Shown here: positions 11,128 to 24,700 of the stretch, in pieces | Numbering within the stretch: the stretch's first letter is position 1 | How the letters are laid out: each line of letters begins with the position of its first letter | From: a virus | IMG/VR virus record: IMGVR_UViG_3300021960_000060 | Coordinates: 4,070-68,069 of that record | Direction: 5' to 3' (one strand) | Length of the DNA: 64,000 bases | The notes under the pieces: generated by a model | Database searches by the model: none | Told to the model about the DNA's origin: nothing | The model's input: only the letters and a program-made list of their open reading frames with translations | Made by a program: the position numbers and the translations under genes

Positions 11128-12678
11128 TTAGAACTGCAAAATGACTTTAATATCTTCTTTTTGATTTGATGACCTAGTAATAGAAGGTCTATTATCAATA
11201 TAAATTAGGTTTCCAGAATGTTTTTTGACTTCTGGATCAGATAGTCCATTACTAAAAGACTGACCTAGGTAATATGTTCTATTATTTATTACTGTTGATA
11301 CACCTGTAAATGATGTACTAATTGATAAATTTATAGATCCTCCTGAGATAGTAATACTACCACCTGTAGTTGGATTTCCAGTAAATGAGAGAAGTTCAAA
11401 TCCGTATGTTGGATCTGTCTGTGCGGTTCCTACTGTATTAAAACCTGCTAGACTTCTATCTTGCCAATATTTTAGGACACCAGTTGTTTGATCATAGTTA
11501 ACTACTCTAGCAACAGCAGTATTGCCAGTAGAGATTGTTTGTCTTACATAAGAATCTGCTGTAAAGGTTGCTGAACTATATCCAACTCCAGTAAGTCGTA
11601 TTGCTCCTAAAGAACTTGCTTTGTCTAAAGTTAGTATTGAATTTGTTCCAAAAGATTTTGGGTTCTCAAAAATTCCTACTCTTGAAACTTGATTTCCGGT
11701 TATAAAGTCTGGATTTTCATTATCATTTTCAATTCTGGAATACAACAATACGTTAGTTGCACCAAGTTCTCTGTAAATATCTGAACCATGTCCACCTTTA
11801 GGAGAAATAATCGTATCAAAAGTGGGCCTTGTTGTACCAGTTGGAACACCTCCTCCAACTAAATCTACATTTCCATAAGTATAATTAGATCCTTGATTGG
11901 ATACTGTTATAGAACTAACTTGTTGATCATTATCGACTACAATCGTACATTCTGCTCCATCTCCATCACCTTTGATTGGAACTCTAGTATAAGTTCTATT
12001 AGCAGTTCCTACGCCAACTCCCCTATTAGTAATGGTTACAATTTTTATAGATCCATCTACTGCATTGTCTCTAACAGATTGATTGTCAGTATTAGTTTCC
12101 CAATTACTTGGAACTGGCATAAAATCTGTAGAATCAAATTTTACAATATCTCCAGATTTTATAGTATATAAGTACTTCCAAATATATCCATCTCCACTAG
12201 TACCAGCTGATTTTGGTTCTAAATCAGTAAATAGAGGTTCGTCTAAAGAAGGTTTTCCGTTTGGATTTTCGGGATCTGTTCCATTTTGAAGGCATACATA
12301 AACTTTAAATTCACTATTCATTACAAAGAAATTTGATGAATATAAATTAGTAGATCCAGATACTGCCGCTGGGTTTGATCTACTATAATCATGACGATAC
12401 ATGTCATAAGATGTTCCAGAAGTCCAAACCTTCTTTCTAACAACTTGTCTAGCATCGCTTGCATTAATTTTCTTTAATGCAATTACAGTATCCCAAACAT
12501 CGTTTTCTTCATTAAAACTATCTCTAGGTGCTGGTGGATTTGTATTCCAGTCAGATTGGATGTCAGTTGGATTTGGCAATCCAATAAACGAGTAATAAGA
12601 ATTAGCAGAGGTAGTAACACCTGAAATAAAGTTTTTCGCGTTTAATATTCTAATCTGATCAGTTATTATTGCAGCCAT
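11128..12678 (-). CDS. gp8: Baseplate wedge subunit gp8
   Basis: MAAIITDQIRILNA, DGYIWKYLYTI, C-terminal IYIDNRPSITRSSNQKEDIKVILQF. Confidence 0.92.
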   Translation of the reverse strand: MAAIITDQIRILNAKNFISGVTTSANSYYSFIGLPNPTDIQSDWNTNPPAPRDSFNEENDVWDTVIALKKINASDARQVVRKKVWTSGTSYDMYRHDYSRSNPAAVSGSTNLYSSNFFVMNSEFKVYVCLQNGTDPENPNGKPSLDEPLFTDLEPKSAGTSGDGYIWKYLYTIKSGDIVKFDSTDFMPVPSNWETNTDNQSVRDNAVDGSIKIVTITNRGVGVGTANRTYTRVPIKGDGDGAECTIVVDNDQQVSSITVSNQGSNYTYGNVDLVGGGVPTGTTRPTFDTIISPKGGHGSDIYRELGATNVLLYSRIENDNENPDFITGNQVSRVGIFENPKSFGTNSILTLDKASSLGAIRLTGVGYSSATFTADSYVRQTISTGNTAVARVVNYDQTTGVLKYWQDRSLAGFNTVGTAQTDPTYGFELLSFTGNPTTGGSITISGGSINLSISTSFTGVSTVINNRTYYLGQSFSNGLSDPEVKKHSGNLIYIDNRPSITRSSNQKEDIKVILQF

Positions 12679-12702
12679 TTTAGGTGGTTTTTTATTTATT
12701 TA

Positions 12703-15700
12703 TTAGATATAATTTAAATACTTGAGGGGACTGGTTCTTTGAACTATTGTTCCTGTTGTTATTCCAGCAGATCCTGAAGAAGTATATGCGTTATATTCTT
12801 TAGATTTTGATCTAGACTCTAATGTAATTCTTCCCCAACTATAATTTCCATAATAATTACTATTACCAATACCAGTTAGTCCATTATAATCAGTCACACT
12901 AACAACTACTTTTGAAACATATGTCAATCCAATTCCTGGAGAAGAAGTTTGTCCAGTAGAAACTGAAATTACTTCATATATATTATCTAAACATGTTGTT
13001 CCAATTCCAACTTCAGAATTAGTGCTGTCAAGTGATGTAACTCCATTTCCAACATTGGAATTATATACTGAGATATAATATCCAGTTTGAATACCACTGA
13101 TTGTAGTAAAACCAGTAATAGTGGAATCTCTGAAGAAAGAATTTTCTGGTATATAAAGATCTAGGATCAATCCAGTTGAAACACCAACATTTGTAGTAGT
13201 TATACCAACAATAATTCCAGAATCTCCTTCATATATATCAACCGAATTACTTTCTTTTTCAAATGATGGTGGACTAATAAGAACTAAAGGAACACTTGTT
13301 GAAGTATATCCAGTTCCAGGACCTGTGATTGTTATTGAAGTAACGACTCCTGCAGTAATAGATGCATTTGCATCTGCTCTTGCTGTTGTTCCCATTCCGA
13401 CTGGATTTTGAATAGAAACCGTTGGTATTGTGCCATATCCAGTGCCTCCATCTGAGATTACAATAGAAGATATAGTTCCTCCAAGAGAAACCACAGCAGT
13501 TGCAGCTGCTCCAGATATAATATCTTGAGAGATAAAAGTGATATTATTTTGGAAACTTAAACTTACATTATTCTCATTTATTTGGTTGAAGAATGGTCTA
13601 ATGTTATCAACAGAAATAATAGTGCTACCAATTCCCACAGATTGAATTGCATATGCAAAAGGATATATCTGAGGTTCGTATAAATTTCTATCTTTAGAAA
13701 CTTCTTTACCGTTGATGATTTTATCTTCAGTTTGTCTGCACCATGTAACTGGTCTAATCAAATTTTCGTCGTTTGTATTTCCTGGACCATAATATGGATT
13801 TGTAGTGACAAAATCAGTCGAATTTATATCGAAAACTGTTCTCGGATTTTCTTGAAGAGATGCTTGTTGACCAATATAAGAATCATATCCAATAGTCAAA
13901 TTGTCTCCAATCTTTACAGTTTCTAGAATATCTGTTTCTTTAACATCAACAGATCCACTACCTCGATAGAAAATTAATTTGCAAGTATCTCCTATTTTTG
14001 GGGGTTCTGTGAATGTAATTAAACTACCGCCGTTAAAGATATATCCTTCATTTGGAATTTGTAAAATATCATTTACAAATATCAGTAAAGTATCCTCAAT
14101 ATTAATGTTTGATCCTCTTTCTGCATTAATTGCAATAAATTCCTGTGCAATTTTTAGTGGAAAAACAAGGGTTTCATTATCAAATAGGTCTTCAATGTTG
14201 TCCAATATTTGAAGTTCTCCAACAGACCATCCATTGAATTTGTCATTAAATACTTCTTGTATTGTTAATTTAAATTCATTAAATCCTGAAGATGTTGGAA
14301 TACCAACACTTCCACCAATTGGAATTGTTAGGACATTTCCTTCACCATAACCATATCCAGTATTTCTAATACTAAAATCAATAATACTAGATCCTTGACC
14401 AACAACAATATCAATCTTTGCCTCAGTACCAATACCTGTAGAGGAAGAAGTATAGTATAGGGGAATGTCAGAGTAAGAAAGTGGATCATCAATTATTACA
14501 TAAGGTGGATTTGATGTTGTGTAACCAGTTCCTGGATTTGTAATAGCAATACTGACGACATGACCATCAGTAACAGATGCTGTTCCAATAATTTCAACAT
14601 CCAGTAAGTCTGTTGCAGAAGTTGCTACAGATACATTAACTGTTGTTTGAATACCTGATCTGTATCCAGAACCACTATTGCCAATACTAATTGCAGAGAT
14701 AGTTCCTGCAGAAGAAACAGTTGCTGTTCCACCAGCAGCAACAAGTGGTTGATATCCAAATCCTTCAAATGAACCAACAGAAATGATTACACCACCTAAT
14801 GGAAGATTTGTACTATTTGCATCATAAGGTGAAGATGTTGCAGTTCCAGTGAAAGAAACTGTAGTGATTCCTGTACTCTCTTCCAAAGTATAATCATTTG
14901 TTATTCCAGGACCTTGGAAAATATCATTGATCAGAATAATTGCGTTTTCTGTTTTAATACCAGTTACATCTAATCCTGAATCCTTAAGAGTAAAGTCACT
15001 TTTCGTTCCATTAAACTGCTCAGAAACATCATCAAAGATGTAATTCTTATAATATGTCTCTTCAGTGGTGTTTGGAATTCCAGATCTCATGAAAGATCTT
15101 CCATGGAAACTTGAACTGGTTGAAATCCCAGTCCAATCTCGTTCGTCTGGTGGATTGGTAGTAGATCCTATTGGAATATTTCCAAAAGGTGCTGCAGCAA
15201 AATTAATTTCATTGTCTACAATATTATAATTACCTTGAATTTTAGTTATAGTTGATCCAATTGAATAATTTCCAAGGTTAGTTCCCAACCAAGGTCTTCT
15301 TACCCTAATAGCATTGGTAGTTCCAATACCAACACCTTCAATCTTCATTATCTCATTATCAATTTTTATTAAATCTCCACCAAAGAATGATGTTATACCA
15401 GAGAAAACTATCAAATTATCTAAGGCATTTACATTTGAAGCTAAAGTAGTGGTCAATGATGTAGGTACAATTGGTGATTGAATAATATTATCGATTGTTA
15501 TAATAACTTTTGCATTTTGATTATTGGCAACAAACCTATGAGAAGTTCCAATACCAACACTTGATATAGAAAGAGTTTGTGGAGTTGCTTTTAAAGCATT
15601 CTCCGCTGTTGATGCAAGTTTTAAAGTGTTTTCATTAACTTTAACTGCATACAATTCATTGGGAAGCTTATCAGTAATACCAATTCCAGGAATAGAAGTT

Positions 15701-18700
15701 GATGCTATTGAAATTGCTTGAGTCGATCCTGCCCCTGCATGGTGATAATTTAATTTTTCTCCTGTAACAAAGAAGTGATTTGGCAATTTAATCGAATTTG
15801 TATCTGTACTAACAAGAGTAGAACTACCATCAAAATATCTTTCAAAAATGGGGTATGTTTCATGAGTTAAATTAAATTTTCTCTTAATATCACTTTCTGT
15901 GCCAGTGTAGATACCCTCTCCAGTTTCAATAGTTCCATTATTAAATGGTATAACTGCAATATCACTATCAACATGATATTGGGCATTCATGTAAACTTTA
16001 ACCTGAACATTAATGCTTGGATTTGGAGTAAAAGTCAGTTCAACATTAGATCCATTTCTATTGGCATCAATCGTTCCTATATTTGATAAAGTTTCTACAT
16101 TAGCAAATTCTGTCAAATACGCATCAGTTCCATCATCAACAACAAGAACTTCAGACATCTGATATTCATTATTTGTTGTATCTGCAACTTGAACAATAAA
16201 ATATCCAGTGTCATAAGTATCTGAATAAGAACCAACAACTTGTGGAGTTGGGGATCCTGATGCGGAGATAGAAGTTGTTCTTGTTTCTAAGATTGCTCTA
16301 TCCATTGTAACAGTTCCTATTCCACTTGTAAGTGTGTTTGCAATAGAAACTTGTATTGAATTGATTGTAGCCGCAACTCCCACATTTGGAATAAAGTCCA
16401 GTTTAAAATTGGATCCATCAATATAAGCATAATATGTTCCAAAACCAGTTACAGTATATGGTGAAATATTTGTTGCGAGTTGTCCAAAATCCATATACTC
16501 AACTGTTGTTCCATTTGAAACAATATTGATTTCGTCAAATTGATACTCAGAATCATCTTTGGTTATCTCGACCAAAACTTTATGTGTAGAATATGTGGAT
16601 CCGAGAGAAACTATATTTGTAGTACTTCCAGTAGAAACAACAGTACTTGATGTACTTACTAAAGATTCTCCAATCACAGTACTTCCAACAGAAAGGATTG
16701 AATCATATAAATTGTATGCTAATACAGAAATATTAAAATCATTGATAGAATATTTTGTTGGATAGAAATTTAAAATTCCATCAGTTCCACTCATAGTATA
16801 ATCGAAACTTCCAATATCATACGTAGTACTAACCTTTCCATATTGGTTTAGATATGTCTGAGACTTGTCGTTAACCGCAGTTACAATCATTAATTGACGT
16901 TCGTCAAAATATCTCTTATCACTTACATAAGTAAACAGTTTCTGAGCCCTGATAAGAGTTTTATCAAAACGATATACTTCAACATAACGTGTTGGTCTTG
17001 GATTACTATTGAATGTTCCACTAAAATCATCAATATCTAATACTCTATTTCCAACAGATTGTGCATAGTCAATTAGAATTTTATTTTGGAAGATTATCTC
17101 ATTAGAAACAGTTCTTGAAGAAACTATTAAAGAATTTTCTTTGACCAAATCAAAATCATAAACACAATTTAAATCAACAACACCAATAATATCAGTAAGA
17201 ACTTCAACATTTGTGGATGTCAATATACCAACACCCATTGATTGTGATGAATTTGATTCAATCTGCAAATCTGAGAATTTCTTAAATCCAGCAGTATGAT
17301 TCATTGTACTTACAACATCGTCCCAAGAATCATAATCAATTTTTGATTTTAAACTATATGAAAAATTCTGATAATAAAATCCATCTTGCAATCTTTCAAG
17401 ATTTGAATTTAAGAATCCAATATTTTCCTCCCATCCATTTTTAACTATGGACGAAGGTGCCAAAATAGAAGAACTGGAAAATTCGGTTACTTTATTTGCA
17501 ATAGCTTGAGTTTTAGATGATTTTCCAAAAATAACTTCATTCTCAATAAATGTATCTTTTGATATTACTTTAAGATATTTGTTTTTAGAATCCCAATCAT
17601 CAATATAACCATTTTCAACAGAATTTGAATATACTTGTTCACCCTGTATAAAGTTATTTGCTTTTAGTTTGATGTCAAAAATAGGAAAATCTTTTTCTGG
17701 AATTATTCTTCCTGTAGAATTTCTAGAATCAAATGTTCCTGGAAAATCAGAACCAGATAACAAATCTCCCATGTTATAAGCAACAGTAGCACCAAGTCCA
17801 CCAAGATTTTGATCAACAGCGACAATGGTGAATAATGAATAGTTGTAATTGGATGAATTATATCCTTTAGAAGTTGATCCTGTCCCAGTGCTGATATTTT
17901 CAATCATCACTTTGTCATTAACTTTAATTGGGAAGGAATCTGCTGTACTAAATCCAACTGCAAGAGTAACAGTAACTTGATCAGTTGATTTATTATAACT
18001 TAAACTTGAAATTCCAACTCCATTTGGGTTTTCAACTGGAAGTATCTTAGGAAGTATGTCATTGATTCCATATGAATTTCTAACAATTTTAACTACACTG
18101 TCTCCTGCCTCATATCTAATATCAACTTCTGGTACAAGTTCATTAGTTTTTCCATCAAAAACTAAAAGTTTGGGGGAAACGGAATATCCCTTTCCAAAGG
18201 AAGAAATTCCAATAGATTCAAACGAAGACAGAGGAGATACTTTTATTATCTGGGGAAGTAATGTTGAAGGTCTTAAAGTATAGTCTGATGGGAAGTTGAA
18301 TCCAATATCATTAACTTTTGCATTTTTTGGTCTACCAATAGTTTCACTTAGTACTTCGACAATAGCATTGGACCCTACAGAAGAAGTTATCGTGGATATT
18401 CCAGGAAGATCGACGTATCCAATTCCTTTATTTGTTACTTTTACATCATAAATTGGACCTACTGCCGATAAAGAAGACGTATTGTAAGTTATTGAAGAAA
18501 TTCCTATCGAATATGATTCTCTCTCGGGAATATCCTTCAAAGTATATGTAAATGACTTGTCTCCATTTGAAACTATATTGTAGTTCCCACTATACTTACT
18601 GTTTTTAATTTCAATTTGGCCATAACCAATAAAAGTATTATCAACAATAACTTCCTGCTTTACTTTAGGTACATTACTATTAAATACAGGAACCAACTTA

Positions 18701-21700
18701 TAATATAATTTTTCTGGCAAATCTTTAGTTACTTTTAAAGTTAACTTGGCATCGCTAGAAACACCTACCTTTCCAGTTCTCTGTACATCAAACTTTTTAG
18801 TTAACTTTGTAGTATTGAATAAATTTGTAAACTCAGAATCTTCATATAGATTGAAATCAAATGCGGAATAATCAGTAAGCGAGAACTGATATGAAAGACT
18901 TGAATTCGTCAGATCAAAATTTATTGAAGAATCTTTATATGCAACTATTTTTGGATTGACTAATGAAATTTCTCCAGCAGATGAACTTGTGAGATCAACT
19001 GTTTTTGGACTTCTAGTTTGAGCATCAAATAAAGTTAAAGATAACCTAATATTATTCTTATCAAATACTACAACATAATAAGTTTTGTTGTCGTAGAGAC
19101 CACCAGAAGGAGTTGTAGCAGTATGTAAAACTTTTTGACCAGTCTCATACCCATGATCATTGATTTGAATGGTATTAGACTCTGTATTGACCCCAGAGAA
19201 GGATCTGGTGTTTGTAACTAAAACTCTATTAAAGTCATTATATTTGATTGTGTGTGTTGTAGTTAGTCCTGGATTTACATTTATATCTACATTGTCATTA
19301 TTTTGTAATCCATGAGTTTGTGCTGTTGCGACAGTTACAGTATTTCTGAAAACTTTTCCAGTTATTGGAGAATATCTAGTACTAAAACTATGATACGTGT
19401 TAGTTCCTATTCCAGTGAAGAAAAGAGTGCCTATACTACTTGTTGTCGTTGCAATTCCAACAAAAGTACCTGTTGTTCCCAAACCAACTCTTACTGTAGA
19501 AAGACCAATTAAATCATCCGAAACTTTTGCAACATATAGAATTGATTGATCCGAAAGAGTTACGCTAGTAGAAACTCCATTAGGTGATACTTCAATAACT
19601 GCCCCACCATTAGGTGAATATGTTAAAGCCTCTCCAGTAATAAATCCATGTGATGGTAAATATAAAGTTTTAGTTGGAACAAATATTTCAGATATACCTA
19701 TTCCGGGATTTGATATACCTAAAGTAACACCTATTCCTAATCCAGCAGTAGTTCCTAGACCTACAGTTTCTATTGGATTGAAATAAAGTTCTCTATTAAT
19801 TTTATATTGATAATCACTTCTAAATCCAGAATTAATAATTAATTTTCTTGGATTTTCATAAATTGTTTCTCCAATCGTATGTGATATTCCAACAGTACCA
19901 TCAATTTCACGTAAAACTCTAAGTCTTGATAAATTTTGATCTACGTTTAGAATTTTTAATTTTTCATCTGATATCTGAATAATATCATTCTCTCTAATAG
20001 AGTTGAAATTTAAATTTCCTGAAACATTAATGAAAGTAACTATTCCAGTATTTGAAATTGAATCAATACCTATATTAGACGATCCCAATCCAACTAGGAA
20101 CAGTGCATTGGAAGATATTCCTGCAGTATAAGAACCTTCTATTTTGGATGAAGATGTACTTAATCCTGCGACATTAATAATATCCTCATTTTTCAATTGA
20201 TGGGGGGAATCAAAATATAGTACATAGTCATTTTTTTGATTTCCTGGATAAAATTCTATATTACTAAAACTGGTTGAAGCTACGCTAATCGAGTTTACAT
20301 CTTTACCAAAAACTTTAGATACTTTTGCAAATGCTGCTTGCCCAATAATATTATTATTAGAATCTAAGTTGTCAAAAACTAATGTATCATTAACCCTATA
20401 TCCATCACCGCCAGTACTGATAGCAATTCTATCAATATTTCCAGAATAGGTACTTTTAATAGTAAATGTTTGATCAAGATTATTTGGTAAATCAATATAA
20501 TTGTAATATTTAATCCCACTACTGAGATTATAATATTCCATGTTTCTCATCCAATCAGTATCATTTAAATCAATTTGATCTTGATTTGAAGAACTCCTAA
20601 AATTAAATAGATTAGGTTTTGATCTAAAAGACTTTCCAATTAAGTATGGAAATTCTGGTCTTCTATATCCAACGAAATTTCCAGTAGAATCGACACTAAC
20701 TGGGTTTACTGTTGCAAAATATGCATATACCCCGTTAGGATAATCTGGGGTAATACAAAATCTTCCATTATTTTCATCGAGTACAGAATCGTCATCAATA
20801 TCAAAATGAGTGTAATCTTCAACAAAAAATCCTTCAGGGAAATACGATGTTTGAGGCCTGTTTGGTTTTAAATCAAGTTTATAACCAGACTTCATTAAGG
20901 TAATCGCTCCACCTTCCTTTTTTTGATAGGAATATGGTCCGTAAATTGGATTTCCATCATAAGCCCAACCAATTATTGGAGAGTGGTCTGATGAAATTTT
21001 TTCAATATTTCCAACCTTTTCAAGATCCTTTTTAAAATGTAAAAATTTTCCATCTTGATTAATTGGATAAATTTTTTCTCTCAGTTTTCTTGGAACATAT
21101 AAGTGGGTATATTCAAGTCCATAATCGACATTTGTTGATTGTGAAATAAATCCATCATCAGAACTAATGTTCTTTATATTTTTTTGAAAATTATTTACAA
21201 CCCAATTCTGAATACTTGCATTAGATATAAATCCTGATCCCGGATTTGAAACTATTAAAGTAGTGTCTGTCGAAGAATAATTTGTTCCTCCAGAAACTAC
21301 TTTAACTGACGTTATTTGTCCGTTTTCAATAATGGGCGTAAATTCTGCACCTATTCCATTTCCTGTTAGAATTAAATCGGGAACAGAAGTATAACCAGAT
21401 CCGACATTATTAATTAAAACTTCTACTATTTGACCATTAGATACAATTGGATTTAGTAAAGCACCAGTTCCTTGTTCGATAGAAATATCTGGTTGTCTTT
21501 GGTAATTTAAAGTTTGCTCAGATCCATAATTTGATCCTTTTGCACTTAAATGTACTGATTGAATTGATCCTCTGAAAATTGGTTGTATTTTGGCTCTAAA
21601 TTCTTCTAGTCCTATTGAAGAAATTCCTATATTTCCCAAAACTTGAACAGAAATTTCAGGATAATTGAAAGAATGGAGTCCTTCCCCATCAGATTCAATA

Positions 21701-24700
21701 TTCACATATTGCTTTGTTCTATAAAAGAATTCTCTATCTTCAGATGATCCTACTTGAGATAACATAAAATTATCATTATCTACTGCAGTAACATAATATT
21801 CAGTATTTGTTGTTATACCAGAAATAGGAGTCTCGTTATTGAAATATTTTATCAACTCTCCAGATTGATAATCATGATCTTCAATGTTGATATAATTTTT
21901 AGATGTAATAATTCCAACAGAGAAACAAGTTCTTTTTTTGTTCTCATATCCCACTCCAGGAGAAACTATACTTATGGAATCAAGTACTCTCTTTTTATTA
22001 ACGGATTCTAATGCATGATTTCCTATACCATAAGAAGTTAGAGTAACTGTATTAATTCCAGAAAGTGCGTCACCTAAGGTATTGTGCAATTTGACAGTAT
22101 TTGGGTCTTCTACCCCAACATGATACTTTGCGCCTGCTGAGAGACCTCCTACTGGTGTCTGAGCACTCGTTTGGTATATTACTTGCTCACCGTTTTTAAA
22201 CTTATGATAAGTTGAAAAACCTATACTTGACTGAGATGCTCCAATGGAAACTAAATTTGAAGCGATTTCTGAATTAAATGTTATAATATGAGATTCTAAC
22301 TTTGTATGTGCCTTTGCTTCTGCACCTACTCCATTTCCTCCAGTAATTGTTATTTCTGGATCCTCTTGGTAATCAAACCCACTATCGATTATATTAATTT
22401 TTTGCAGACTGCCGATAACAGCACAATGTGCAGTAACACCAATTCCAGATCGATCTGAAATATTTACATTTGGGGGAGAGATAATATCATAATTTGAACC
22501 AGGAGAAACTACATTGATTTCATTTATTTGTCCGTAATATAAAACATTTGAAGACTTATAATTTAAAATTTCTACGCCATTAACTAGGATTCCAGTTTTT
22601 CCAGGAACAGTCTCATATACTTCTCCACTAATTTCTGGGTTTTTAATTTCTCTTAATAAATTTTGAGATGTTAAAGTCTTCCCATAAAAATTATAAGGGC
22701 AAATTGTATTATTTGTCACTATAACTTGATTGACGAGAGTTACAAATATTGAATTGTCAATATCTGATCTACTTCTTGACAATTTTACTTGATTTGCATT
22801 AATTCTTTTAACAAAGTACAATCCTTCATCAAATAGTGATGTTCCGTTGGTAATATAACTTGTAGTAATTCCAGTAAATATGTTAGTGTCTGATACTGTT
22901 ACTTTTTCTGGAGCATAATAAATTTCATCTCCAGTATAGAATCCATGATCATTCAGAGATGTAATTGTAAATGTGTCACCAACAAAAGTTCCCGAAAAAG
23001 TAATTGTACCATCATTAACTTGTAAATTAGATCTATCAAAAAATGGCAGTGATGGTGAAGCAACTAAGGCTTTATCATCTTGAATATATGTGTTCTGTAC
23101 ATTTGAATTAAAAACACCTACACTTGAGAAATTATCTGCATTAGTCTTTGATAAAATTCTTTTTGCAGTGTATTTTTTTAAATCCGAAACACTAATTGCA
23201 GAAGTTAGATTAACTACAATTTTTTTGTCGCTTCTTACATCAGTAACAGTACCTTCAACTGTAATATTTGATTCATCAGTTACATTTATAGAATCATTTA
23301 TGTAAAAAATATGATTCTTATCAAGAGATAGTTCATAAATTCTATTTGTACTATTGACAACTGACACACTCTCAACTTCATATGAAGTTGCAATATTGAG
23401 AATCCAATTTTTAAATTTTATATCGTTACTTTTTTTTCCAAGACAATCAATATCTACACTATCCCCATTAGTATAAAAATAGGATTTTGGATCTAATTTT
23501 AAAGAGTTTATAACAGAAGAAATTCTTACAGAAACTTCCGTTCCAAATCCAGTAACAGCAGATGCATATGTGTTTATTCCAATATAGGAAGAATCTGCAA
23601 TATTGGAATTTACATTAGTACAATTTATAAATTGATTATTTGTTTTGGATGTATAAGATACGATTCCTGTAATAGAATTTCCATAGTCAACATACAACTC
23701 TCCTTCATATGGAAATCCAATTGTAGAGTCAACGTCTATTGTAGTTGTACCAGTGGAAACATTACCAATTACTTTTGTTTTGGGGTGTACTGAAAAATTA
23801 CCATAAATTGCACCACTATAATTAATATCTCTATTATATCCACCATCAATTTTTAATTTATAATAATCCGAATTATCATCTGTTGAAATTTTTTCAACAG
23901 ATGCTACTGGACCATATCCAGAACTAATATTATTATATTCTTTTTGGAAAAGAGTTAGATTTGTTAAATCATATGGATTTCCAGAAACACTTTCTACAAC
24001 AAAATCATTAGTAATTTTATAGTTGGAATCAGAAACTTTTAATAAGTGATCTCTGGGCCGTATAATTTCTACTTTTTCATTATAAAGTGCATTGAAAAGA
24101 ATTTGGAAAGATTTATCTGTTCCTTTACTGTTGTAAAAATCTTTAACTTGCTTTAAAAAAATATTTTCATTTAAATCTGATGTCAGATCTCTATTTTCAA
24201 ATCCTGGAGATAATTGTACTTTTGTCTTTAATAAAAACTTTTTAAGAAATAAATCGCTTAAATTGATTATTGTCGATCCAGAATCATGATTATCTGATTC
24301 AGTAGAAGAAAATTCTAATTCAGTACCTAAAGATGTAATTCCAGAAAAACCTCTTACACAACCAGTAAACGAATTTATGGTTTTTCCAGTGTAAGTGATA
24401 ATTTCATTATCAATTTGAAACAATCCATAAGAATTTGGATATTCGGTAGTTCCTATAGGGTTCTTGGATAAATCAACTTCAATAGTTGTATCGTCAAATT
24501 CAATACTTGAATACAAATACAAAGAGTCAGTCTCATGGGTTGACTCATCAAGTTTTATATAACTATCAATATTTTGAATAAGATCAATTGGTGCCCCTTT
24601 AAATTCTTGAGCTAGATAATATTGAGATAAAAACTCAGCAACTAATGGAAATTCCTCCCTCACATATGAAGGAAGTTGGTTATTGACTATGGTGGCGAAT

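Noticed and set aside
896-23305. Short plus-strand and alternate-frame ORFs from the track within the structural genes
   Set aside because: They are antisense or out-of-frame shadows of long, well-supported minus-strand genes.
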